NCBI RefSeq assembly: GCF_004010195.1
Contig: NC_057719.1
Location: 31,018,294 to 31,041,839 of the forward strand
Source of the DNA: Chiloscyllium plagiosum
Lineage: Eukaryota
Length of the DNA stretch: 23,546 nt
Direction: 5' to 3'
Part shown: piece after piece, positions 11,799 through 21,364 of the stretch
Position numbering within the stretch: the stretch's first letter is position 1
Layout of the letters: each line of letters opens with the position of its first letter
Made by a program: the position numbers and the translations under genes
The notes under the pieces: generated by a model
The model's input: the letters and a program-made list of their open reading frames with translations, nothing else
The model's database searches: none
What the model was told of the DNA's origin: nothing

Positions 11799-11858
11799 AG
11801 TCTAGATAGATCACATCCACTGGGTTTCCCTGGTCTAACCTACTTGTTACCTCTTCAA
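11799..11858 (-). mobile_element. Short CR1 RT fragment
   Basis: Translates FEEVTSRLDQGNPVDVIYLD on the - strand. Confidence 0.75.
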
Positions 11859-12020
11859 AATTTGTCCGTGTCCAATAACACGGCCCAGGAAGGTGACTTG
11901 GGATTTGGCATGTCCACTTTTAGCTAGGATTACCACCAAGCTTGCCTTCCGAAGTTGATTGAACAAGTCCGATAAATGCTGTAAATGTTCCTTCCATGAG
12001 TGACTAAAAATCACCAGGTC

Positions 12021-12325
12021 GTCACACTGGCTCGGTGGTTAGCACTGCTGTCTCACAGCACCAGGGTCCCAGGTTCGATTCCAGCCTTGGGCGACTGTCT
12101 GTGTGGAGTTTGCACATTCTCCCTATGTCTGCGTGGGTTTCCTCCGGGTGCTCCGGTTTCCTCCCACAGTCCAAAATGTGCAGGCTAGGTGAATTGGCCA
12201 TACTAAATTGCCCATAGTGCTAGATGCATTGGTCAGAGGGAAATGGGTCTGGGTGGGTTACTCTTTGGAGGGTCGGTGTGTTCATGTTAGGCCAAAGGGC
12301 CTGTTTCCGCACTGTAGGGAATCTA
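12021..12325 (+). mobile_element. HE1-type V-SINE inserted in the Gmr1-like RT catalytic motif
   Basis: A and B boxes, V-domain and tail ...CTGTAGGGAATCTA. The flanks rejoin as S-I-D|D-L-V-I-F-S on the - strand. Confidence 0.92.
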
Positions 12326-12612
12326 ATCAATGGAAACAACACAGTTTGATAATCCGGCAATGACTTTATTAGTTAGTCTCTAAAATGTGGCTGGAGCATT
12401 TTTCATACCAGATGGCATGGCGTTGAACTGATATATTCCTTTGGCGTTACGAAAGCCAAAATTGCCTTTGCTTTCTCTGACAGAGGTCCTTGCCAGCAGC
12501 CTCTGAGCGAGTCCAACTTAGAAATGTAAGTTCCTTGTCCCATGTTTTCCACACAGTCCTCTAACCGTGGAATTGGATATGCATCAGTCTTTGTAACAGC
12601 ATTGACTTTTTC

Positions 12613-12788
12613 CACCTATCACATTTCCGACGCCCCTCCCCCAAGTCCCTCCTCCCTATCTTTTATCTTAGCCTGCTGGACAAACTTTCCTCATTCCTGA
12701 AGAAGGGCTAATGCCCGAAACGTCGATTCTCCTGTTCCCTAGATGCTGCCTGACCTGCTGCGCTTCTCCAGCAACACATTTCCATCTC
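12613..12788 (+). mobile_element. Penelope-like terminal-repeat fragment inserted in the Gmr1-like RT
   Basis: Interrupts VCVDY|KVNAV. Contains a hammerhead motif and the shark PLE-type end GATGCTGCCTGACCTGCTG...CTCCAGCA. Confidence 0.75.
12692..12728 (+). ncRNA. Minimal type I hammerhead ribozyme motif (Penelope-type)
   Basis: CTGAAGA-A-GGGC-TAAT-GCCC-GAAA-CGTC: intact core, 4-bp stem II, palindromic ACGT stem III and GUC cleavage triplet. Stem I is weak. Confidence 0.7.
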
Positions 12789-15700
12789 TAATAGTCCACA
12801 CAAACCCGTTGGGTACCATCTGACTTTGGCAACATGACTAAGCATGAGCTCCAGTCACTGTAACTCATTTTGATTATGCCATCTTGGAGCATGCGCTCTA
12901 TCTCCTTCTGAACCTGTGCCACCTTCAGAGGGTTATGCCTATAAGGATGTTGCTTAATTTGAGCAGCATCTCCTACATCTACATCATGCACAATTAGGTT
13001 AGTACTTTCCAGATTTTTTCCGCATATCTCCCCTTGTAATAGTAATAACTCGTTCAGGTCATTTTGATTTTCTTGTGGAAGATTAATTAATAATTTATCC
13101 CAATTTTTGACAACTTCCTCATTATCCAACTTGATTTGAGGAATGTCCAATTCAGAATCCTCTGAACTTGGTTCTTTCTTCTGTGCTGTAATCACTAGCA
13201 CCTTCTCCTCTTGCTTTCCTTCCCTGTCAGAATACCTTTTGAGCATATTCACATGAAATACTTTGAAATTTCTTTACATCTGGAGTCCCTAGTTCACCTC
13301 ACTCAATTTCTTCTCAATTTGATAAGGTCCGGTAAACCTTGCTTTTAAAGGTTCACCTATTACTGAAGTAACATCAATACCTTACCCCAGTTGCAAAATT
13401 GTGAATTTGTGGTTTCTTATCCACTTCCTGTTTCATTGTGTGCTGCAATACTTTTAAATGCTGTGTAGCCAACTCCCCAGCTCTATTTAATTGTTCTCTA
13501 AAATTTGACATATCCTCCAAATGTGTGGTCTCTGAATTCTGACTTATTAATTTCTCCTTGATCAATTTTAATGGTCCTCTTCTTTCAATGCCCAAAAATT
13601 AATTTAAATGGACTGACTTTGGTTGATTCATTTGGTGCATCTCTGATCGCAAAAAGTACAAGCAGAGCTCCCTTATTCCAATCATCTGGAAAATCCTGAC
13701 CATAAGTCCTCAACATGGTCATTAGCGATTGATGCCAAGCCTCTAGCACTACCTGTGTTTTTGGATGGTACGTAGTAGATTTGAATTGCTTTATTCCCAA
13801 GTTATCCATAACCTCCTTGAATAGCTTGGATGCGAAGTTTGACCCTTGATCTGACTGTGTCTCTATTGGTAGTCCGTTTCTGGTGAAACATTTGATTCAT
13901 TCTTCTACAACCCTTTTAGCTATGATGTTGCGTAATGGTACTGTCTCTGGAAATCTGGTTGATACATCCATTATTGTTAATAAATACATATTCCACTTTT
14001 TGTTTGAGGTTGGGGACCTACGAAATCAATCAAGACTCTTGTGTCTTGCTGGAATAGGTATTGAAAGGGCATGTTTTATTACTGCCTGTGATTTTCTGAT
14101 TAGCTGACATGTATGACACATCTAGCAAAATTCAACTGCTTCCTTGTGTAGTCCAGGCCAGTAAAAATGTCTTTGCATTTTAGCCTGTGTTGTCCTCACC
14201 CCTACATGACCTTCAAGTATTAACTCATGCGCCACTCACAGCACCTCCTTTCGACACCCTACTGACAAAACAATCTGATGATCCTGTGCCCTTTTCTCAT
14301 CTGCTTAAATGTATGATGGTCTCCATTTCCTCACTAAGACATCCATTGTTAAATAATAACACATAGGGATGCATTCACTCTCCTCGATATATGCCTTTTG
14401 ATATAACTCTTTTAAATTTTCATCTTAGCAGAGCTAAAGGTACTTGCATGTTTACCTATTTGCTCCTGCTCTGTTCCACTTATCTGATCAAAAAAGTCTC
14501 TGGTAATGCTATTTCAGCTTCCTTATCTATACCTTTTGATCTCTCCTGCTTCAGCTTGTGCCTCTGTAACCTTGTTAAGACACAATCTGGGAGAATTTCC
14601 AAATAAGACTCCTGCTGCAGTGCTTCAGTTGCCTGAGTCTCCAATGGCTTTTCAACTAGGGTAGGCAGCATGTCTACCAGTGAACGAATTAGATCATTTG
14701 CGAGGACAATTTGTATTCCTGGAGCTGAGAGTTAGTCCAGTACTCCTACCACAAATCTTCACTCTTCTCTCGACATTCTAGCCTCACTTTACATAATTGA
14801 GCACTTTTTGTCTCACCATGGATTCCTGTTATCAGTACCTTTTCTGGCAGTAGTCCCTCAGGAGTACATATCTCCCCATCCTTCAGCATCACAGACTGAG
14901 AGGATCCTGTGTCCTTTAATATTGTAACCTCTTTACCTGCTACTCCTGGCCTTTGTGAATAAACATTACCTTTGCAGTATATTTTTTAAACAAATCTGGC
15001 ACTTCCTCCTTACCCAACCTCTGATCATCTTGTACATTCTGAGGCTGTTGTCTAACTTTTTGTTACTAGTCCAACGAAACTCTCAGGCTTGTCCGGTTTT
15101 CCTACATCTGGCTTTCTCCTAGCCCACCAACACTGATTTCATGTGGCCCATTTTATGACAATGAGAACACCGGAGCTTTTTAACTTCTCTGTCTCCTTCA
15201 AGGGTTTTCTTTTTACCCTGTGGTAAGTTCTCCTAATGATCTTCACTGAGATCTACCTTCCCTTTTCCAGTGAGGATTTCTCTTTGCCCCAATTTCTATC
15301 CCTCATGGACTGAAATTGATTCTGGAAGCCAAACCGTGTTTTATGGACCAGCTCATAATCATCAGCCACTTCAGCTGCTAACCTGCCATTTTATCTTTCT
15401 GGTCTTCCACATGAGTTCTCACTACTTCCTCGCTAAGGTCACCTTCAGCCTTTATCTCCAGCCTTTTAAGCTGACTTCCCTTTTTAAGTGTCAATTCTGA
15501 CGTTCAAGCATTCTCTCCTTTTTCTTTCCCATTTGCTCTCTTTTTCCCTCTCTTCTGCGTTTAATCGTAACTCAAACTGCTCTTTCCTTATCTCTCACCT
15601 CTAACTCAAGCTTCATGTGCAATTGAATTCCTGCCATTTCTATAGATTCTGATGGTGTTTCCAGCAAATTTAAATGCTGAGCTACTGCTGTAATTATCTC

Positions 15701-15880
15701 TCTTTTCCTGACAGAAGGGGCAGCTCCAACCCCAGCTTGTCTGATAATTCCAGCAACCTGGTCATATTCACTTTTTGCAAAACTACTATGTTCACCTCCT
15801 CCACTTCCAGAAAACTCTTGGCAACTGAAAGAGCCATTGCTATCCCAAGCTTTGTCTACCCAACCAAGCCAACACCTGAA

Positions 15881-16620
15881 ATAAATGACAAAAAGCAGTG
15901 GACCCAGTGCCGATCTTTGTGGCACACTGCTGGTCTCAGGCTTCCAGTCTGAAAAGCAACCCTTTACCACAACCCTCTATATTCTACATTTGAGCCAGTT
16001 CTATATCCATTTGGCTAGTTGTCCCTCTTTTCAATGTGATCTAACCTTGCTAACGAGTCTACCATGAGGAACCTTGTTGAATGCCTTATTGAAGTCCATA
16101 TATAGATTACGTCCACCACTTTTCCCTCATCAATTCTCTTTGTTACTTCTTCAGAAAGTTCAATCAAGTTCATGAGACATGATTTCCCATGCGCAAAGCC
16201 ATGTTGACTGTCCCTAATCAGTCCTTGTCTTTCTAAATGCATGTAAAGCCTGTCCCTTAGCCTGCCTCCCAACAATTTGCCCAGCACTAATGTCAGGCTC
16301 ACAGTCTATTCCTTACCACCTCTCTTAAATAGTGGCACCACGTTAGCCAATCTCCAGTCTTCTGGCACCTCACTTGTGACTATCGATGATACAAATATCT
16401 CAGCAAGGGGCCCAACAATCAATTCCCTAGCTTCTCTCAGAGTTCTAGGTTACAGCTGATCAGGTCCTGGGGATTTATCCACCTTTATGCATTTTAAGAC
16501 ATATAGCACCACCACCTCTGTACTCTGGACATTTTTCAAGATGTCACCGTCTATTTCCTGACATTCTATACCTTCCATGTCCTTCTCCACAGTAAATACT
16601 GATGCAAAATACTCGTTAGT
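15881..16620 (-). mobile_element. CR1 LINE RT fragment
   Basis: NEYFASVFTVE, DKSPGPD, HLERQGLIRDSQHGF, SVPQRSALGPLLFVIY. Confidence 0.9.
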
Positions 16621-16630
16621 GTCTCCCTCA

Positions 16631-17374
16631 CTGCAGGGATCGGTATTGGGTCCACTTTTATTTGTCACTTTGTTATGGTCGAGGCCCAACCCCTCAAAAC
16701 ATTTTTTAGCAGGTAGCTCAGACCGTAACTTTGCTACTTGTTTTAGGTAAGTGTATAATGGATATTTCCAGAGTGGATTAGCTGATCCAACTGCCAAGTT
16801 TTAAACAAACAAAATTTATTTACAAAATTGCGAATGAAACACAAGAAACAGAAAATAGAATGCCGGATTACTTATCGTATCGAAAAACCTGACAAATTAT
16901 TCTGACTTAATGATGGTGTTCCAAAAATACTTGCAACAGTCCCAATAAACACATCCCTTAGCAGCAAAAGTAAAAATGAAACAAACCAGGGCTTGAAGTT
17001 AGAGAGAGAGAGTACCCGGCCACCTTTCTTCACACACACTGCTGCTGAACTGAATCAAAAACTCTAATCTAAACAAAGGTTAGCTACACAAATAGCTTGC
17101 CATCACTTTGATTATACTGTTTTTTCATAAGACATGAAAGCCTTAGACTGGAGGCATTATCTGTTAGGGGTAAACAAAAAGGGCCCTAATAAACCTTTCA
17201 AACCCACCCTGGTTGGAGCCTGGCCAATTACCCTCTCTGGGGGAAAAAAAACTCAAGGGCATTGTAACCTTGTAAAAAGACTAACATTGTGACAACTTTA
17301 CAGTATAAATGATTAGGATGAGAATTTAGGAGGTATGGTTAGTAAGTTTGCGGATGACACCAAAATTGGTGGTA
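16631..17374 (+). mobile_element. CR1 RT fragment split by a solo LTR
   Basis: QGSVLGPLLFVT (16633-16670) continues after the LTR as ...GGMVSKFADDTKIGG (to ~17374). Confidence 0.8.
16671..17294 (-). mobile_element. Solo LTR (624 bp) with 4-bp TSD ACTT
   Basis: Termini TGTTAT...GTGACA; ACTT at 16667-16670 and 17295-17298; AATAAA on the - strand at ~16816-16821; interrupts an otherwise contiguous CR1 RT. Confidence 0.85.
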
Positions 17375-17375
17375 T

Positions 17376-17680
17376 ATTGTTGTGGGGGTTCTGTTTGTCG
17401 AGCTGAGAATTTGTGTTGCAGATGTTTCGTCCCCTGTCTAGGTGACATCCTCAGTGCTTGGGAGCCACCTATGAAGCGCTTCTGTGATGTTTCCTCCGGC
17501 ATTTATAGTGGTTTGTCTCTGCCGATTCCGGTTGTCAGTTCCAGCTGTCCGTTGCAGTGGTTGGTATATTGAGTGTCATCCACAGATTCATTCAATAAGC
17601 ACATCGACCTGGATCCAATATACCGACCACTGCAACGGACAGCTGGAACTGACAACTGGAAGCGGCAGAGACAAACCACT
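17376..17680. mobile_element. Penelope-like element remnant with inverted terminal repeat
   Basis: 65-bp inverted arms 17507-17571 and 17616-17680 (62/65 complementary). The + strand reads SSTDSFNKHIDLDPIYRPL, resembling a PLE GIY-YIG C-terminus. Hammerhead motif on the - strand. Confidence 0.8.
17418..17457 (-). ncRNA. Minimal hammerhead ribozyme motif (Penelope-type), slightly decayed
   Basis: - strand GCA-CTGAGGA-T-GTCACCT-AGAC-AGGGGAC-GAAAC-ATC-TGC: core, stem II 6/7 paired, stem I GCA/TGC. ATC probably derives from GTC by CpG decay. Confidence 0.65.
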
Positions 17681-18024
17681 GCAGTCCTCTGCACACTTTG
17701 CTCTGCTACTCATTTTGGTATCATCTGCAAACTTTGACACACTAAACACAACTCCAAATCATCTTTGGAGGACATCCCTGAAGGACACCACTAGTTACTG
17801 ATTGCCAACCAACATAGCACTCATTTATCCCCACTCTTAGCTTCCTGTTAGTCAATCAATTCTCTACCTATGCTAATACTTTACCCATAATACCTTGCAT
17901 CGCTATCTTATACAGCAGCCTCTTATCTGGCACATCGTCGAAGGCCTTTTGGAAATCTAAGTACACCACATCTACTGGGTCCCCTTATCCACTGTGCTTG
18001 TAATGTCTCCATAGAATTCCAAGA

Positions 18025-18338
18025 GGGGGTGGCACGGTGGCACAGTGGTTAGCACTGCTGCCTCACAGCACCAGAGACCCGGGTTCAATTCCTGCCTCGG
18101 GCAACTGTCTGTGCGGAGTTTGCACATTCTCCCCGTGTCTACGTGGGTTTCCTCCGGGTGCTCCGGTTTCCTCCCACCGTCCAAAGTGTGCAGGTTAGGT
18201 GAATTGACCACGCTAAATTGCCCGTAGTGTTAGGTGAAGGGGTAAATGTAGGGGAATGCGTCTGGGTGTGTTGCTCTTCGGAGGGTCGGTGTGGACTTGT
18301 TGGGCTGAAGGGCCTGTTTCCACACTGTAAGGAATATC
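18025..18338 (+). mobile_element. HE1-type V-SINE nested in CR1
   Basis: Near-consensus head GGCACGGTGGCACAGTGGTTAGCACTGCTGCCTCACAGC, V-domain and tail; many CpGs retained. Confidence 0.93.
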
Positions 18339-19667
18339 ATTAGTTAAGCATGACCTGCCCTTCATGAACCCATGCTGCGTCTGTCCAACAGGACAATTTC
18401 TATCTAGATGCCTTACTATTTTTATTTGATAATAGACTCAAATATCTTCACCACTAGAGAAGTTAAGCTAACAGATCTATGATTCCCCATCTTTTTTCTG
18501 CCACCTTTTTTAAACAGTGGCGTCATTTTTGCTGTTTTCCAATCTGCTGGAACTTCCCCAAAGTCCAGCGAATTTTGGAAAATTACCGCCAGTGCACCTG
18601 CTATTTCTGCCGCCATTTCTTTTAGTACCCTGGGATGAATCAAAGCCATGCGACTCGTCTATCCTTAGCTCCCTTAGCTTGCCCGATGCTATCTCTTCCG
18701 TGATAATGATTGTTTCCAGGTCCTCACCTACCTTTGTCTCTTTGTCAATTACTGGCATATTATTCGTGTCCTTCACTGTGAAGACCAGCACAAAGTATCT
18801 ATTCAATGCTTTGGTCATTTCATCATATCCCATTACTAATTGTCCCTTCTCATCCTCTAAAGGATCCTCTAAATGTTTACTTTAGCCACTTTTTTCGTTT
18901 TATATACTTTTGCTATCTATCTTTATATTCTGTGCTAGTTTTTTCTCATGTTTTAACTTCCATTTTTTAATAGCTCTTTTTGTGGCTTTTTGTTGACCTT
19001 TAAAGCTTTCCCAGTTTTCTAGTTTCCTGCTGATCTTGGCCACTTTGTATTCCTTCTTTTTCAATTTGATAGACTCTCTTATTGCCTGAGACACCCATGG
19101 CAGATTACCCCTTTTTTCACACTCCTTCCTTTTCACTGGAATATACTTTTGCTGAGCACTTTGAAAAATTACTTTGACATTCCTCCACTGCTTGTCAACT
19201 GTCCCACCATAAAGTCTTTATTTTCAGTCTACTTTAACCAACTCATTCCTCATTCTATTGTAGTCTCCCTTGTTTAAGCACAGAACCCTGGTATTAGATT
19301 TTATCTTCACACTCTCCGTCTGTATTCTAAATTCAACCATACTGTGATTGCTTCTTCCAAGAGGATCCCTAACTATGAGATTATTAATTATTCCTGTCTT
19401 GTTACACAGCACCAGTACTAGGATAGCTTGCTCCCTCGTCGGTTCCATTACATACTGTTTAAGAAAACTATTGCAGATACATTCAATGAACCCCTCCTCA
19501 AGGCAACTCTAACCGAGCTGGTTCGACCAATCTATATGTAGATTAAACTCTCCCATGATAATTGCCATACCATTTTTATAGACATTAGTTACTTCTCTGT
19601 TTATTGCCCATCCCAATGTGATGTTATTATTTGGAGGTTTATTGACTACTCCTATCAGTAACTTTTT

Positions 19668-19727
19668 CAAAGAACAAAGAAAGCTTACAGCCCAGGAACA
19701 GGCCCTTTGGCACTCCAAGCATGAGCC
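19668..19727 (-). mobile_element. Very short CR1-type 3' tail insertion
   Basis: CAAAGAACAAAGAA repeat plus CAGGAACAGGCCCTTTGGC, embedded in the CR1 endonuclease region. Confidence 0.6.
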
Positions 19728-19819
19728 GTCTTCTTAAAATTTCTAATTTCCACCTAAGTGAATTTAACTTTATTCTCCATAGAACCTATATCATCTCTTA
19801 GCACCCCCCTGATATCGTT

Positions 19820-20598
19820 AGTGCTAAGGAGTGGCAGATAGAGTTTAATTTGGATAAATGTGAGGTATTCCAGTTTGGTAAAACAAGGGCAAGATTTATA
19901 CAATTAATGGTAGGGCCCTGAGTAGTGTTGTCGAACAGAGAGACCTAAGGGTTTAGGTACATAATTCTTTGAAATTTGTATTACAGGTAGACAGAGTGGT
20001 TAAGAAAGCATTTGACATGCTTGGCTTCATTGCTCAACTTGAGTATAGGAGTTGGGACGTCATGTTGAGGTTGTACAGGATGTTGGTTAGGCCACGATAG
20101 GCCACTGTGTACAGTTCTGGTTGCTCTGTTGCAGGAAGGACATTATTAAACTGGAGAGGATTCAGAAAAGATTTACCAGGATGTTGCTGGGACTGGAGAA
20201 TTTGAGTTGTAAGGATAGGCTGGCACTTTTTTCACTGGAAGTAGGAGGTTGAGGGGTGACCTTATGGAGGTTTATAAAATCATGTGGGGCATAGATAAGG
20301 TGAATAACAAAAGTAATTTCCATGGATAGTGGTGTTCACAGCTAGGGTGCATATTTTTAAAGTGAGAAGAGAAAATTTTAAAAGGAACCTTGGGGCAACT
20401 TTTTCATACAGCGAGTGATTCATATGTGGAACGAACTGCCAGAGGAAGTTACAACATTTAAAGGATATTTGAATAACTAGGTAAGTGAATAAGAAAGGTT
20501 TAGAGGGATATGGACCAAACGCAGGTAAGTGGAACTACTTTTGTCTGGGAAACATGGTTGGCATTGGACTGAAGGGTCTGTTTTCTTGCTGTATGATT
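19820..20598 (+). mobile_element. CR1 LINE 3' portion
   Basis: EWQIEFNLDKCEV, EQRDL, LYRMLVRP, LRGDLMEVYKIM, WNELPEE; tail ...CTGTATGATT. Confidence 0.9.
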
Positions 20599-20599
20599 C

Positions 20600-21110
20600 T
20601 AAGACAGGGCTGACCCATTTTCTGCACTTCTGTCCTGACCTTTGCCCCTCTGTCCCAAACTAACAATAGTGTTCCCCTTATCCTCACTTTCCATATCACC
20701 AGTCTTGGGATTCAAAGGATTACTTTCTGCTATTTTTGACACCTCCAATAGGTTGCTACAACCAAATGTATTTTCCCCATCTCTCCATTGTAGGTGTTCC
20801 CTCCATGAAACCTTGGTCCATTCCTCCCTCACTGTCAACACCTTTCACTACTTCTGTTGGCACCTTAATAAAAAATTAACAGCAGATGCCGGAAATCAAA
20901 AACAAATACAGAAATTGTGAGGAAAGCTCAGCAGGTCTGACAGCAACTGTGCTGAGAAGTCAGAGTTAACATTTTGGGTCCAGTGCCCCTTCTTCAACTT
21001 GAAAATGGCCCTTCCCATGCCATTGCAAAAGCTGTAACACTTGCCCTTTTATGCTTTACTGTTCAAGGTCTCAAAAATACCTTCCCAGTGAAACAACAAT
21101 TTACTTGTAC
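20600..21110 (+). mobile_element. Penelope-like (Neptune-type) RT-EN linker fragment
   Basis: Decayed NNSVPLILTFH...IQRI...TLVHSS, then FPCHCKSCNTCPF...VQG...VKQQFTC (Cys-rich linker). Confidence 0.7.
20866..21000 (-). mobile_element. Penelope-derived short repeat with a degenerate hammerhead, nested in the PLE fragment
   Basis: - strand TTGAAGAAGGGGCACTGGACCCAAAATGTTAAC...CAGACCTGCTGAGCTTTCC, similar to the 12613-12788 repeat. Confidence 0.65.
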
Positions 21111-21111
21111 A

Positions 21112-21360
21112 AATGAACAAGCAACAAGAGTCGACCAATCTATGTGAGCCTGGTTCACCATCCAATAAGATCATGGCAGATCTGATTTTAATCTTAACTT
21201 TACATTCCTGCATAACCCTGTTAAAATTTAATCTCAGTAATCAAGATTGTACTTATGTCTTCCTTAAAAATGTTTTAAGATTCTGCATCCACTAACGTTT
21301 GAGGAAGGAAACCTATAGAGAAAAGAAATCTCTGTATTTCAGTCTTAAGTAGGTCATTTT
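21112..21360 (-). mobile_element. Old CR1 3' end
   Basis: CAATAAGATCATGGCAGATCTGAT matches the CR1 3' UTR seen at ~5987. Confidence 0.65.
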
Positions 21361-21364
21361 TAAC

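Larger units (their letters stand above)
10150..15880 (-). mobile_element. Degenerate Gmr1-like Ty3/gypsy LTR retrotransposon, internal region (gag-PR-IN-RT-RH)
   Basis: On the - strand, in order: gag ATG ~15837; Zn knuckle CSHCHKMGH ~15169-15129; protease LKDTGSSQS 14919-14884; integrase GHVG...FYWPG...CHTCQ, QSDQGSNF, YHPKTQ, RFTGPY ~14300-13310; RT KQHPYR, VCVDY|KVNAVTKTDAYPIPR, GMKNAPATF, SID|DLVIFS, VTFLG ~13000-11860; RNase H DASDAGVGAVLLQ...FSRKL...EKE...ENVIAD 10840-10253. Many stops and frameshifts. Confidence 0.9.
17681..19815 (-). mobile_element. CR1 LINE ORF2 (APE endonuclease to RT), degenerate
   Basis: IIMGEFNLHIDW, EPTREQAILVLVL, LGRSNHSMVEF, LNRYFVLVFT, IHPRVLKE, DWKTAKMTPLFKKG, SKFADDTK. 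Confidence 0.92.

Noticed and set aside
5349..18227. Recurrent ORFs such as MVSTAASQ... and CVEFAHSPRVCVGFLR-like frames
   Set aside because: They are translations of SINE copies, not genes.
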